A stretch of 61,996 nucleotides of DNA, counting the filler, from Dugesia japonica (taxonomy: Eukaryota), in NCBI GenBank assembly GCA_001938525.1. It is 6 parts of 6 records of this genome, joined end to end, with 100 filler letters (N's around TTAATTAATTAA, not from the genome) between each part and the next. Parts side by side here need not be neighbours in the genome. Positions count along the whole stretch, not along the records: positions 11,113 to 20,458 come from MQRL01615195.1; positions 20,559 to 30,376 come from MQRL01516172.1; 4 more parts are not named here. One strand, given 5' to 3'. How positions within the stretch are numbered: the first letter of the stretch is position 1; each line of letters opens with the position of its first letter. The translations under genes and the position numbers were made by a program. Below the pieces are notes generated by a model. That model was given only the letters and a program-made list of their open reading frames with translations. It was not told the DNA's origin and made no database searches. This document shows positions 12,095 through 24,712 of the stretch, in pieces.

Positions 12095-12960
12095 TGTTGG
12101 GTTTCATATTGAATGTCTAGGGGTTTTAATGGATAACCGCAAATACTGTAAGGTCGGATGCCTTTAATCCGCTCTCGAGTAGATTATGGTGACCCTTATC
12201 CACACCAGGGTGCAGTAACCTATTCGTTCCTTCTGGTCTAGGAACCAGAGTGATATTTCGTCTTCGCTGGTTAAAAAAATCACTATTTAGTCACCACTAT
12301 ATTTCATTGGAAACATCCATTAACCTTTATGGGACACAACACAAAATGTAAATTTACATCGAACGCNGACATTTGCATAAGTAATAGACATGAAAATCGA
12401 TACATAAAGATTCAGTTGTAACAATTGTTTCTGTGGAGACACCACGCGTCAAGTCTAACATTTTTTTTATAGGGTCTTTGTTTCGGCCTTTCCGAGTCGT
12501 CCGTCGTAACTAAAGTCTTGAGTTTGGTCTTTAGATAGGTTAAAACTTTCGTTATCACCGGAAGTCCACGTTCTTTCTTTTCTATTTGATACTCGAGCCT
12601 AGGGTTTCTTTCTGTCATTTGTTGTAACTTTAGTTTCAGATCCCTAATCGTTAGCTGTGAAATTTTATTCTCTTTTATTGATATCTATTTATCGGCTTAA
12701 TAGGACACTACATGCTGATGCTGGACCTATTCGATTTGGTTTCAAATTTCTAGCTTTCGTTGAAGTTCTTGAAATAAGTGCTAATGGACCCAGTATTTTC
12801 CGTTAGGATTGATGGTAACTTCATCATCCGAACCGGATAAAATAATTTTGTTTTGCGGGTTATTGACATATTATCGTTAATTTTACCATCACTATCATTA
12901 TTTTTAAAAGGTATCCAGTGATGATCTAGAATCATGAACCCAAAAAATTATAATAATAAA
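12095..12960 (-). mobile_element. Probable 3' end of a long LTR-like unit with decayed small coiled-coil ORFs
   Basis: Minus-strand terminus ...GAAACCCAACA at 12095 mirrors the TGTTGGG start seen at 45758 and 61927; GC-richer than the flanks; ORFs 12412-12618 and 12750-12935. Confidence 0.35.
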
Positions 12961-13019
12961 TAATAAAAATAGAATAAATAATTTTAATTATAATTTTCTG
13001 ACAAAGGTAATCACAACAT

Positions 13020-13900
13020 ATCAAGTAAATTAGATTCTGTGGTATTTTGTCTTGAACATCACATTTTAAAATCAATAAATGCAGCCTTTCCAGTAAAATT
13101 CATTCCTCTTTTACTTCTCATTCCAGTTTTCAGATTTCCCCACAAACCTTCAATAGTGTTTTTATCAGCCCCTTTTACCGAATCTACATATTTGATTGGA
13201 TGGTTAGCAGCAAAATGTTGATAATTATAATTTGGAATATATCATTGTTTCGGTGAAATAAGCAGTCTATATTTGAATAAATTATAGTTCAATGTCTTAT
13301 ATGTTTTTTAGTTTCTCTGTCACTTTGCAACAACCTGGGCGAACCAATTTTGTGTTATTTCTTTCAATACCACCTAACATCTAAATTTCACTGTATATTC
13401 TACCCGGTTGTATTTTGTTTTCTTTGAAATTAATGTTTCATCAAAACAGTACCGAGGCCCCCTATTTGTAATTCATTCTCTGTAAAANTCAATAAGGATA
13501 TTGANCAAATCTCTAAAAATAAATTGGACCAATCCAGCATAGTTTAATGCAAAACAGCATAGACAAAAATTCTAATGTTAATGAAATTTAATGTTTTCAA
13601 GAGAAAAATGCCTGTCTTACCAGTATTTTTTTCAGCATTGAGAAACTTCTCTCTACAGAAACAGAAGTGCATTTGACACTTTTGAAACAATGCAAAGATT
13701 GACAGTGAACTTTCCTCTCGACTGCAGTTCACAATTGACAGGATCTCACTGATATTCAATCGCTTTTTTAATAACGAGAAATAGCACAGGGATCCATTTC
13801 AAATTGTAGTTTTTTTTAAGTATTCAACAGCTTGTTTAATGTTGCATCCGGCACTGCAAGGAAATTACTAATACTGCTAATTGATGGTAGTTTTGTTGAA
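13020..13900 (-). mobile_element. Decayed Merlin (ISXO2/IS1595-like) transposase
   Basis: Minus-strand FDETLISKKTKYNR, MLGGIERN and HFAANHPIKYVDSVKGADKNTIEGLWGNLK; frameshifted. Confidence 0.8.
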
Positions 13901-14438
13901 TAATCTAAAGATCTTGGACAAGTTGATCAGTTTCCACTGTCTTTTGCTTGTGATACCAAGGAATCTTTATCATCCCATCTGCGCACAATATCTTTCACTT
14001 CTGGAGATATTTTAAATAATATGCAGCCGCTTCAATTCAACTAGCTCATTGAGTAAGTATTGGTGTTGGATGGTATCCAATTGAATTAAATTGGCTTTGT
14101 CTTGATTTGTTTTTAACCGTGGTTGCTTTATTGTGAGCGATCAGTAAGTCAACATTGCTAAAATGAACACGCACCTTTATTGCACAGTTATGTATTAAAT
14201 GAGCCACACAGGTAACATGAAATAGACGTGGACATAATATATCTAAAGTCTATGCCGCAGAAATCATATACAGAGCAGAATCTACTAATAATAAACATAA
14301 ATGATCTCGATGACATCCCAGGAAAGTTGTATCATTAGTAGCCTGAATAATAATATGTGACTCAGCAGATTTNNNNNNNNNNNNNNNNNNCACCATGTAA
14401 GTTTTTTATGGATCTTAAATAACGCCAATCAGAATTGT

Positions 14439-15150
14439 TGCCATGTTAGAGATATTATTTCTTAAGTTAAGAGAATTCATTGAAAACCAAGTTCTGATAA
14501 AAAATAAAAATTCACACAATAAAAAATTACAATAATATAACAACACATTCATTTAAGGATTTTGTCATCTTCTGGTAAATTGATTCATCATACGTAAAAT
14601 GCAACATTTGAAATTTATCTAAACTATTTTTTATTTCAAATCATTAAATTATTATTTTTGAAACTAATTTAAATTCTATATATTATATTAAAATGTGTAA
14701 ATCTCACAAGAATATTTAAAAAATTAGAACCAGAAATTTCTTATTTATCAACAACCATAAATAAAAGTTNNNNNNNNNNNNNNNNNNNNNNNNNNNNNNN
14801 NNNNNNNNNNNNNNNNNNNTTGCCATGTTAGAGATATTATTTCTTAAGTTAAGAGAATTCATTGAAAACCAAGTTCTGATAAAAAATAAAAATTCACACA
14901 ATAAAAAATTACAATAATATAACAACACATTCATTTAAGGATTTTGTCATCTTCTGGTAAATTGATTCATCATACGTAAAATGCAACATTTGAAATTTAT
15001 CTAAACTATTTTTTATTTCAAATCATTAAATTATTATTTTTGAAACTAATTTAAATTCTATATATTATATTNNNNNNTGTAAATCTCACAAGAATATTTA
15101 AAAAATTAGAACCAGAAATTTCTTATTTATCAACAACCATAAATAAAAGT
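14439..15150. repeat. ~330-bp essentially identical direct duplication across an N gap (likely assembly overlap)
   Basis: 14439-14769 matches 14820-15150. Confidence 0.85.
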
Positions 15151-15159
15151 TTACCAGTG

Positions 15160-15561
15160 ATAAGGAACTTTATGCGACACATTTCATCTTGGAACAATTT
15201 AGGAATTCTTGATCTACATGTTTATTCAGATGGTAAGGGATGTTCAATTGTGGCGAAGAGATTGCGAAGTTCTGTATTCCTTGACTTCCATAAAGGAATA
15301 TGCTGGCAAGAAGGCTCTCACCACACGCTTCGCAAAGTATTTTGAGGGAGGATTAATGAACTGTTGAGGATGAACGTTGGAACAGGTTTCTGCTTGTCAG
15401 TACTACGATGTTTTTCAACAAAGTAATTTTATTCATGTTTCACAATGGTGTTGCATAACTGGAAAAAAAGGTTTCTTCCTTGGTGTTGTAGTAAACTCCG
15501 GTGGATGATTTCGTATGATTGTAGCTATCTTTGAACTAATGCACTTAGTGACTTTAGGCAT
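15160..15561 (-). mobile_element. N-terminal fragment of a CGGBP1-like hAT transposase
   Basis: MPKVTKCISSKIATIIRNHPPEFTTTPRKKPF/QLCNTIVKHE*NYFVEKHRSTDK (BED-like finger), then FAKRVVRAF. Confidence 0.6.
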
Positions 15562-16219
15562 GACGTCTCAAATGAAAAGTGAGTAAAAAATATTGGGTCA
15601 GTGAAATACGCCAGGACATGTTATCACAAATATCACACAATTTTCCTGCCATACAGTACCAATAAACTGTGGTAGGTCGTTTGAGGAAGTGGAAAATGAA
15701 CATTTGATGTGAAATCATGCCTGGTCGACACGATCATAGTCACATAGTAACATATTTGTATATATTTATCTTACAGTATGTAGACAGCCGTATAGACAAA
15801 ACTACATATCATAATCCCTCGATACCTGCTGATATTTGACATTTACATATTTATAACTCGCCTACTTTTTGTATACAACATATTTATATGATGTATAAAT
15901 TTTTAAGCTCAATCATGCATGCCGAAACCTATCCATAAGAACTAACCATAAGCGGAAATCATCATTAAATTACTTAAATTGACATAAAAATCTAGTTATT
16001 GACTTAATTGACCTTAAATGGAAAAATAGACTTTTTGTTGACCTAATAACTTTTTATTGGTTTGACGTAAATAATTAGAAATCACATATTTGAGTTTTTC
16101 TTAAAAAAATTAAATATTAATTAAAATTAAAGGTTTATCATCCTTGATTTCAGAAATTAATTGTTTCAAATCTGTATTTAATAATTCATTATATGTTTTA
16201 TGAAGGATTTCTAAATCTT

Positions 16220-16600
16220 TCAATGTGTTCTCATAAACAGATCAAATGAATCTGGCAGGTATATACAACTAAGATAGTCTCCATTGTTAGGATAGTTATC
16301 TAATTGATTGTCACCACGAAAATTTATCTTCTTTCCGCAAACGGCTTGATCATAATCTTTTTCAAAACTTCAATTCTTTTCATTATTGAGTTCTGCACCA
16401 ATTCATAGATTTTTGATATTGAATTTTTATTGATAGATCAGGAAAATGAACCTTTGATTTTCCATCATATTACCATGAATTTTCTGGCGAATTTCAGCTT
16501 ATTCTGTTGTTTGAGCTTAGACCATGAGGTTTTGCGTTTAACATTATTTAGTTCAATCCTTTTTCATCACAAGTTATAAGTTTCATCGAAAATAGATTGG
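16220..16600 (-). mobile_element. Small hAT (ZMYM1-like) transposase remnant
   Basis: FRGDNQLDNYPNNGDYLS resembles the hAT AFRG...NNGNFL motif. Confidence 0.4.
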
Positions 16601-16779
16601 TGTTATTACTTCTTAAGAGCATATCGTAAATATTGATTCTTAATGTTAAATAAATTCACGTGTAATCCAAATATTAAACTTTATATATCCAAGCCATTTT
16701 AATTTGGTCGCTAATAGTTGTTTTCGATAATTTTAGCTGCTATGTTAATTTACAATCCATTGCTTGTTTATCAACTTCT

Positions 16780-17185
16780 TTAGAAGTTTCCAATGTCCTA
16801 TGGAAATATTCCATACTTAACTACCCATGACGCCCCAACTATCAGACACCCTGATCCATTGGTCAAGTCTAACGATACTATTCAAGTTGATATTAGCACT
16901 GATAAAATTATTAACCATGTTCAATTTGAAACTGATAACTTATGCTTCATCACTGGAGGTCACAATCAGGTACGTGTTGAAATCGTCATGAATAGAGAGA
17001 GACACATTGGTGGTATTGATATCGTTCATATTAGAGATAGTCAAGGTCAACAATTTGCGACTAGATTGACCAACGTTTTCATCATTGGTAAAAGCAATAA
17101 GCCTTGGATTTCATTGCTGAAGGGTGCTGGTTTAAGATTGAGTATTACCGAAGAATGAGACAGAAGATTGGAAGCTCAACATTGA
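16780..17185 (+). pseudogene. RPS4: 5'-truncated 40S ribosomal protein S4 (eS4) pseudogene
   Basis: C-terminal half of eS4 ([17 protein letters not shown]...[21 protein letters not shown]); in-frame TGA at 17156 in EE*DRRL (normally EERD); conserved G/R residues substituted; frameshift at the 5' edge. Confidence 0.9.
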
Positions 17186-17524
17186 TTTATTAATATGTGA
17201 ACAATAGTTAGTTGTAGATGATACGCCGGTCATAAGTGTAGTACTAAAAGCTCACACGAAAATGATGGAATTATTAGCGAATGTTGAGTAACTAAAAATT
17301 GAAGACGAAAAAGTTTCATGCAAAGAACGTATGTATAAACGTAATAAAGAATATGATACTTGCACATAAAGAATATTGTTAAATCGGCAAAATCATAAAT
17401 TTAGTATATTTATCTATAATTATTTTTTAAATGTTAATTCACATATATTTATATGTAACATATGTACTTTAATAACGTGATTTTAAGCCAAAAATAATTT
17501 TCCAGGCAAAGATCGTATTTACTA

Positions 17525-17675
17525 CAGAGATCTCGATCGTTTTGACATAGAAGGAAAATTGCTCATGTTTTTATACAATAAAATCATTACATCCGGGGTA
17601 ATTCCACATTGTTGGATGTCTTTAAAACCATTTTGATACCTAAACCAGATAAAGTAAACCAATATGATTGGATTT
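17525..17675 (+). mobile_element. Non-LTR retrotransposon RT fragment
   Basis: DIEGKLLMFLYNKIITSGVIPHCW / ILIPKPDK. Confidence 0.5.
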
Positions 17676-17865
17676 TGTTTTATTTCTTTTTCTAATATTA
17701 ATCCTTGTTCTTCAATTTTTGGCGGTTGCCAAGTTTTTAGTTTAAATTTCAATTTAATTTTTAATTCTGTGCATCAATTCAGATGGTATTGATCTGCTTT
17801 ATCTTCTATTAATAATTTATTATTATTTAAATTATGATACATACATACGAGTATATACATACACT

Positions 17866-19960
17866 CAGAGGTGAGCTGGAGCCCTAAAACCAAACAATAA
17901 GCCATTTTAATAGTATGTTTATGCAAAATATGCAAATCGCCCCGATGTGCCACACTCGCAAACATATCATGCGCGTACGTAAAATACGAAGTGCTTGGCT
18001 CTTGCTCAGTGAGTCACAAGTTGTGAAGCTTCGGCACACTGCACATGGTATCGCCCGCTTTATTTCCTTCGTTACTTGTTGCAACNNNNNNNNNNNNNNN
18101 NNNNNNNNNNNNNNNNNNNNNNNNNNNNNNNNNNNNNNNNNNNNNNNNNNNNNNNNNNNNNNNNNNNNNNNNNNNNNNNNNNNNNNNNNNNNNNNNNNNN
18201 NNNNNNNNNNNNNNNNNNNNNNNNNNNNNNNNNNNNNNNNNNNNTTATAAATTATTATTTGTAAATAATATAAATTCTTAATTCATCTAAAAATTGTGTG
18301 AATATAATGGCAGTATTTAAATTTTAGATTTTTTTACTTACAAAATGAAGAAAGTGCAAGAAAATTTATTGTCTTTCTTAAATGTCAAAAAAGCAAAACT
18401 CGATGAAGAAATACTAGAGAAAACAATAAATTCGGCAGATATTAAACCTATATAATCAACTTCAAATGAAACATCAGCTTCATGTTCATCGGCATCATCT
18501 ACAATATCATTGGAATCATGCATATTACGCAATTGTCAACTGCCAGTGAGTTTGTTCACAGAACAATATTAATGGTTAGTGGTAAAATATGGCAAATTAG
18601 GTTATAAAAACTGTTCAAAAATGAAAACTTTAGCAATAGAAAACAAAAAACATATTCACGTATCAAATGAGTGGATTTCATGTTCAATAATTCCTAATGG
18701 AACTAAAAAAGACACAGGACAAGCTTCTCTACGCAAAAAAATAAAGAACATTCCACTTCATGCTCACATTTAAAAATTCAAGAAACAATTATTCAATCTA
18801 ACATGCAAGTTTTACCAAATGTAGTTAAAATATTAAATTCTGAAGCAATTAAGATTACTGTAAAAANNNNNNNNNNNNNNNNNNNNNNNNNNNNNNNNNN
18901 NNGACCATTGTCTGATATAGAAGCAGCTTTGGAATTACAAAAATAATGGTGTTAATATAGGAAATTGTTTACATTCCAATAAGAGCTATAAAATGATAAT
19001 AAAATGATAATAATAAAATGATAAGAGCTACACAAGAATGATAATTTTGGTGTCTACGGAAAAAGTTCAATATTTAATTTTATCAAATGAGTTCAAATGC
19101 ATACCATTTGATTACAATAATAAATTTGTAGCTCTTCCCAGAGAGCAATTATTAGATAATGTGGCAAAGAATATGAAAGCAAGACTTTTATCGGCTAGTC
19201 ATATAAATATAAATGAGGATAAGAATGAGAACAGGGACACTGATAACTATGAAAAATTTGTGCAGCTCTTCGAGATTTTATATCCTTCTACCTTATCATT
19301 AGATAAAATTATGTCATCATGGCTAGAAGTTGAAGAAACGGTTAGAAAATTATGTGAAATTTTAAAGTTTCAAGTAGATGTTAATGATTTTTGTGACTTT
19401 GTAAACGCAAATATACAACTGAAAAATGTTCAGTTATCTAATTCAATTTTAAGTGGTAAAAAATAGCAAGTGCAATTGCTATTAGCCGTACAGAAGCTGA
19501 GAGAGGTTTTAGCCTTATTTAATTGCACCAAAATTAAGAACCAGCCTTACTGTGGAACATATGTCCAATCTAATGACAATAAATTTATTGGGGAAACCAA
19601 TAGCAAATTTCGATGCCATTTCTTTTGTTACATCTTGGATGAACCAGAATCACAGGTTAGCAACAGAAACAAGGGTAAGAAAATAGCACAATAATGATGT
19701 TTCTGAAAATGAACAAGGCATATGGACTCTACATAAATTAATTAATTAATTATGCATATACATAACATAGTATGTTTAATTTGGAATTTATCAGTTTTTT
19801 NNNNNNNNNNNNNNNNNNTTTAGTTATTTTGTGCAATAAATGTTTTGTTTTGTTATATATATTTTATACTGTACAAAAATAAATAAAGGCAATGTATTCA
19901 TTTACCGTTTTTTTTCTTCGAAATAATATTGTTGTTCAAAATTTGATAGTCCACCCGCTG
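17866..19960 (+). mobile_element. Internally deleted hAT transposon (KIAA1586-like transposase) with 8-bp TSD
   Basis: CATACACT at 17858-17865 and 19961-19968; termini CAG...CTG with imperfect TIR; WLVVKYGKLGYKNC and [13 protein letters not shown]...[12 protein letters not shown] (hAT dimerisation domain). Confidence 0.85.
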
Positions 19961-20297
19961 CATACACTCATGTGTGTATGTATGCACTCTAAAATTTAAA
20001 CTTAAAAAAATAATAAAAATAAAGTTACATAACACAAAACTTCCCCTTTTAAGACCGGAGGTTTGTACAACGATTAAAAAAACACATTCGAATATTTACA
20101 TCAGAATATTTACATAAGAACATAAATCTCTAAAGTGTGTACAATAAAATATGTAAATGTTAAAACGTTATAATTCAGAATAAAATATTTACATCACATT
20201 ATGTTTGTTTATGTTTATTATTCTTATTTGTTATTTTTTTATTATCTGTGTACCTTTTGTATAGATTTTTACTTGGTTTTAGGCTTGACTTTTCGTT

Positions 20298-20458
20298 ACT
20301 GCACTCAATTGCCTGAAATCAAAACATATTCTTATGTCTTTCGTTTTCTTTTTCCAAACACAAATCAGTTGAGTATTCCATGGCGAGTTGCATTTCCGGA
20401 TAATATTATTCTCAAACAGGTTTTAAATAGCTTCTTCAATTTTAGCATCTAAATGCAT
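20298..20458 (-). mobile_element. Gypsy RT N-terminal fragment
   Basis: NLFENNIIRKCNSPWNTQLICVWK/DIRICFDFRQLSAVT. Confidence 0.75.
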
Positions 20459-20558
20459 NNNNNNNNNNNNNNNNNNNNNNNNNNNNNNNNNNNNNNNNNN
20501 NNTTAATTAATTAANNNNNNNNNNNNNNNNNNNNNNNNNNNNNNNNNNNNNNNNNNNN
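20459..20558. other. Artificial contig spacer
   Basis: N run + TTAATTAATTAA (20503-20514) + N run. Confidence 0.95.
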
Positions 20559-21383
20559 TAATGTTTTAATTTAGCATGTGCTCTATCTACTCCAGTAATT
20601 TCTTTTTGAGCTGGAATGCGAGTATATTTATCATATGAAAGTTTTTCTTTATTTAAATCTTCAACTTAAGTTTTATAACGTTTAGCAGATAATTTTATTT
20701 TTTTACTTTTATCATCTGAATGAATTTTAATTACAATATCATCAATTATTTTTGGTTTTGAAACTTGATTAAATTGTTTTAAAACTTTATTATGTTCATC
20801 CCGCTCTTTTTGAAAAGCAACTCGCATTTCATTAATAGCTTTTAAATATGCATTTTTCTCATTATTAATTGAATCAATTAATAAAAGTCTACTTTCATTT
20901 TCTACACATTTTGAAACAATAAAAGTTAATGTTGCTTTAAATAAATTTTTATTATCTTCATCTAAATTAATAACATCTAATCCTATAAATGTTTCATTAA
21001 GAATATCTAAATGGGTTTTAGCAGTATCGCGTGATAGTTCATTATTTAAATATTCTTTTATTTCATCTAAATTTGACTCATCAAATGCGTCAAATTTCTT
21101 TATTGAATTTACTAATGTAAGAAAACTTAATTCACATAAAATCTTTTTCTTATCTCCCATTTTCTATAGAATAAATATGTTTCATTTCAATCTAACAACT
21201 TGGAAAAGTTACATCGTGAAAGTTATAATTATTTTGTATATTTTATGGTTACATTTATTTTAAATATTTAACATTTAACATTTTCATAAAAAATATTTAT
21301 TTTAATATTTTACATTTAAAATTTTCATAAAAAATATATAGGGGTATACCCATATGTCGGTATTACGGTATTATATCACTACT
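20559..21383 (-). mobile_element. Probable Maverick/Polinton terminus with first ORF
   Basis: Minus strand begins AGTAGTGATATAATACCG at 21383 directly against a microsatellite; ORF 20666-21160 reads on past one stop to the contig end. Confidence 0.45.
20666..21160 (-). CDS. Hypothetical intronless coiled-coil-like protein (element-borne, one premature stop)
   Basis: 164-aa ORF starting with ATG, long for this AT content; frame stays open after the stop. Confidence 0.5.
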   Translation of the reverse strand: MGDKKKILCELSFLTLVNSIKKFDAFDESNLDEIKEYLNNELSRDTAKTHLDILNETFIGLDVINLDEDNKNLFKATLTFIVSKCVENESRLLLIDSINNEKNAYLKAINEMRVAFQKERDEHNKVLKQFNQVSKPKIIDDIVIKIHSDDKSKKIKLSAKRYKT

Positions 21384-21600
21384 AATATAATATAATATAA
21401 TATAATATAATATAATATAAAATAATATAATATAATATAATATAATATAATANNNNNNNNNNNNNNNNNNNNNNNNNNNNNNNNNNNNNNNNNNNNNNNN
21501 NNATAATATAATATAATATAATATAATATAATATAATATAATATAATATAATATAATTTAATATATTATAATATAAACTATAAATAATATATATAATTTA
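21384..21600. repeat. (AATAT)n microsatellite
   Basis: Direct tandem, with an internal gap. Confidence 0.95.
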
Positions 21601-22550
21601 TTTTAAGCAAAGATTATATATATAATCAATAAAAATTTTATATTTATATTCAGTATATTTTATTTGGATAAAACTGGAATAATAATTAACACATTAAATA
21701 TATAATCCTATCCTTATAAATTATTTTTTCATAGCATGTTTTACAACATAATTTAAAGTCTTTTTATTAATTCTTATTCAATATTAAGATAACAAATCAG
21801 TATTAATGAATTCACAAAATCCGATATACATTTTATGAGTTGAAATACTAATAATATTGTTTTTATTAGCTTGAATATAATAAGAATTAAAATAAAAACA
21901 AATACAAATTGTAGAAAAATTTATGGTATTCATAAACTTTATCATTCGCAAAATAAATAAATAAATTATAATGTATAAATATGAATAAGCTCTACCTTTT
22001 CAGTGAATATGAGAAAAGAATTTTTATTAATTAAAACAAAATGATTGTACATTATAATTATAATGAAAGTTTTGTGAATTTAACTTGATTTTCAAAACGA
22101 TCTTGTATTCCATTAAGCCTCAAATAATACATTTGAATTTTCTCTTTTTTTATTGGAAAATGTCAACTTTAAAATCAAAAACTTTAATTTGTTAAAATTT
22201 ATTAATATTTTAAATAATTCATTTTTAAGATGAAGGAAAAATATATAAAATCACAGATGAATTATAAATAACAATTTTTTTTATAAATATTTATTATTAT
22301 TTAGTAAAAGTAAATGAATTTTTATTTCAAATTTATTATATGAAAATATATATTTATTTATTAATATTTTCTTTTTAGTATTTTAAATTTATGACATTTA
22401 TTTACTATATATATTTTTAATAATCAATAAATCTAAGAATTCCAAATAAGAGCCGCACCACAATTAAAGAATATTTTCAGATTAACCAAGCAGAATAATC
22501 TCAATAATAATTATAAACATTTAGGCGTTTAATGAAATTGTAATCTAGCT

Positions 22551-23364
22551 CAGGGGTCGGCAACATTGTTATCGCGAGCTACCTTGATGCCAGCAAGAAA
22601 AATTTGAAGTGCAAACATTTAAACATCTAAAAACTAGTAAATATTCTTAGATGTAATAAAAATTTTAGTAAAGTCGTAAANNNNNNNNNNNNNNNNNNNN
22701 NNNNNNNNNNNNNNNNNNNNNNNNNNNNNNNNNNNNNNNNNNNNNNNNNNNNNNNNNNNNNNNNNNNNNNNNNNNNNNNNNNNNNNNNNNNNNNNNNNNN
22801 NNNNNNNNNNNNNNNNNNNNNNNNNNNNNNNNNNNNNNNNNNNNNNNNNNNNNNNNNNNNNNNNNNNNNNNNNNNNNNNNNNNNNNNNNNNNNNNNNNNN
22901 NNNNNNNNNNNNNNNNNNNNNNNNNNNNNNTATATTATATTATATTATATTATATTATATTATATTATATTATATTATATTATATTACATTATATTATAT
23001 TATAATATAATATATTATATCATAATATATTATATTATATGATATTATATTATGTTATGTTACTTTATATTATATTATATCATATTAATACCTTAAATTA
23101 AATTTAGACTAAGTACTCAATCAAAATTTGCGATTACTAGAGATATCAGTTTGTGCATATAAACTAAACTAAATATTTTCTTTCGTCATAATACTCATTT
23201 CGTATACAAGTATAGTTAGGATACAAAATAAGTTGATCATTTAATGTAGCCTGAGTTCCTGTGTAGTTCGAAGAGGTAGTTTTCCAGGAGTGTGTTTTTT
23301 GTGTCCGCCGAAATTTGACATTTCAAAAATATGTCCGATTGCTANAAAAGATTGCCGACCTCTG
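22551..23364. mobile_element. Non-autonomous hAT (Charlie/Buster-type) element
   Basis: TIRs CAGGGGTCGGCAA / TTGCCGACCTCTG; 8-bp TSD ATCTAGCT / ATCTAGTT with TCTAG core. Confidence 0.85.
22931..23087. repeat. (TATAT)n microsatellite inside the hAT element
   Basis: Direct tandem. Confidence 0.9.
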
Positions 23365-24712
23365 ATCTAGTTCAATAATCCGGATCTGGATTTTAAATAT
23401 TTTTAAAAAAAGATGTTTAAAAATGTTTTTGCTTTTAATAAAACAATTGTAGCAAAGTATCTTAAAATCCTCTCAAATTATACTTGTTCGCTGTTTGATT
23501 ACTAGCTGAGTGATATGGTGGCGAAAATGTTGGCTGACAGAAAATCAAATTCTTCGTTGGGCTAAAAAATACATTCTGGTGTTTCTATTAATTAAAAATN
23601 CATGGCAACCATTTCGGCACGACATACAAATTTTACTTCATGTCCGGTTGAATTTTCATTTACGTACCACAAGTGGAAAAAGATTTTAATCTTGCTTTAT
23701 CTGAAGCATTAAGAAGATCTATTTTATTTGTTTTGATAAACTAGATTATTACAAATATCATATATTTGAACAAATAAATTTTAAATATTTAATGGAAAAT
23801 TAATAGACACGCTGTATTTTACAAAACAATTGAATCAATATTATATAACTGACGCAAAATACAAGTGCATACTGTTAGTAAGTGGCTTTTGTAGAACTGT
23901 CATTGAATATATTTTAATGTCAATCATTTCTATATCTTATTGATAGTTTTGAAAGTAAGATAACATTACAGTGCTTTAGTTTTTCGTCACAGTTGTGACA
24001 TTGAAGCAGTGTGCACTGAATGCATGTTAAACCACTTATTTGCGGTTCCATAATCATGTGCATAAAGTAGATAATCATTTGCAATAATTGTCTAATAATT
24101 TGTTCTTCCAAAATTTAATGGATTAAAATTCCTTTTAAATGTTTTAATAAACTGTATATTTTGTTGCTAGTATAATTAAATTATGTCACTTTATGAATTT
24201 CTAAATAATCTAATATTTTACATTTGTATTAATAATAATTAAATTTAGATATATGCCCATATGAATTACTAAATAAAAAGTGAAATTAATTTTATCTTCT
24301 ACTTTAAATTCTCATTTATTACATGTCATTCAAATCAAACATTCTTATTTTATTTTCCCGACTAATTGGATGTATAAATATCTTAACATTGAAACTTCTT
24401 TTCTTATTTAATTTAATTTTGAGCGATACATATTTAATTTCTTATTTTTATTATTACTTTTTCCAAATAAACAAAATATTGATTTTAATAAATTCCTAAA
24501 TAAAATAAATAAATAATAATAATGCCAAATAATTACGTCATTAAAATAGTTTCTTCTGCAACTTGTTTGAAACGTCTTCAGCAATAAATATTTTAATGTA
24601 TTCATTGAAATTTTTAATTGATTATTAAATTATTAATTTATTAATAAAATTAATTAATTGGTTAAAAGGAAGAAATTATTTAAGTAATTTTTTAGAACTC
24701 AGTCTCTTATTT

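Noticed and set aside
14439-15150. LTR pair or biological tandem duplication
   Set aside because: Essentially identical copies directly flanking a gap, with no TG...CA ends, PBS or PPT
17915-18281. ORFs containing long X runs (also 5136-5426, 53701-53973, 54492-54807)
   Set aside because: Open only because they cross N gaps
23870-24111. Cys-containing 63-aa minus-strand ORF
   Set aside because: Non-ATG start, no splice support, no recognisable family
24556-24585. Minus-strand CTGAAGA...AAAC hammerhead-like motif
   Set aside because: Helix II and GAAA are missing; too degenerate to call
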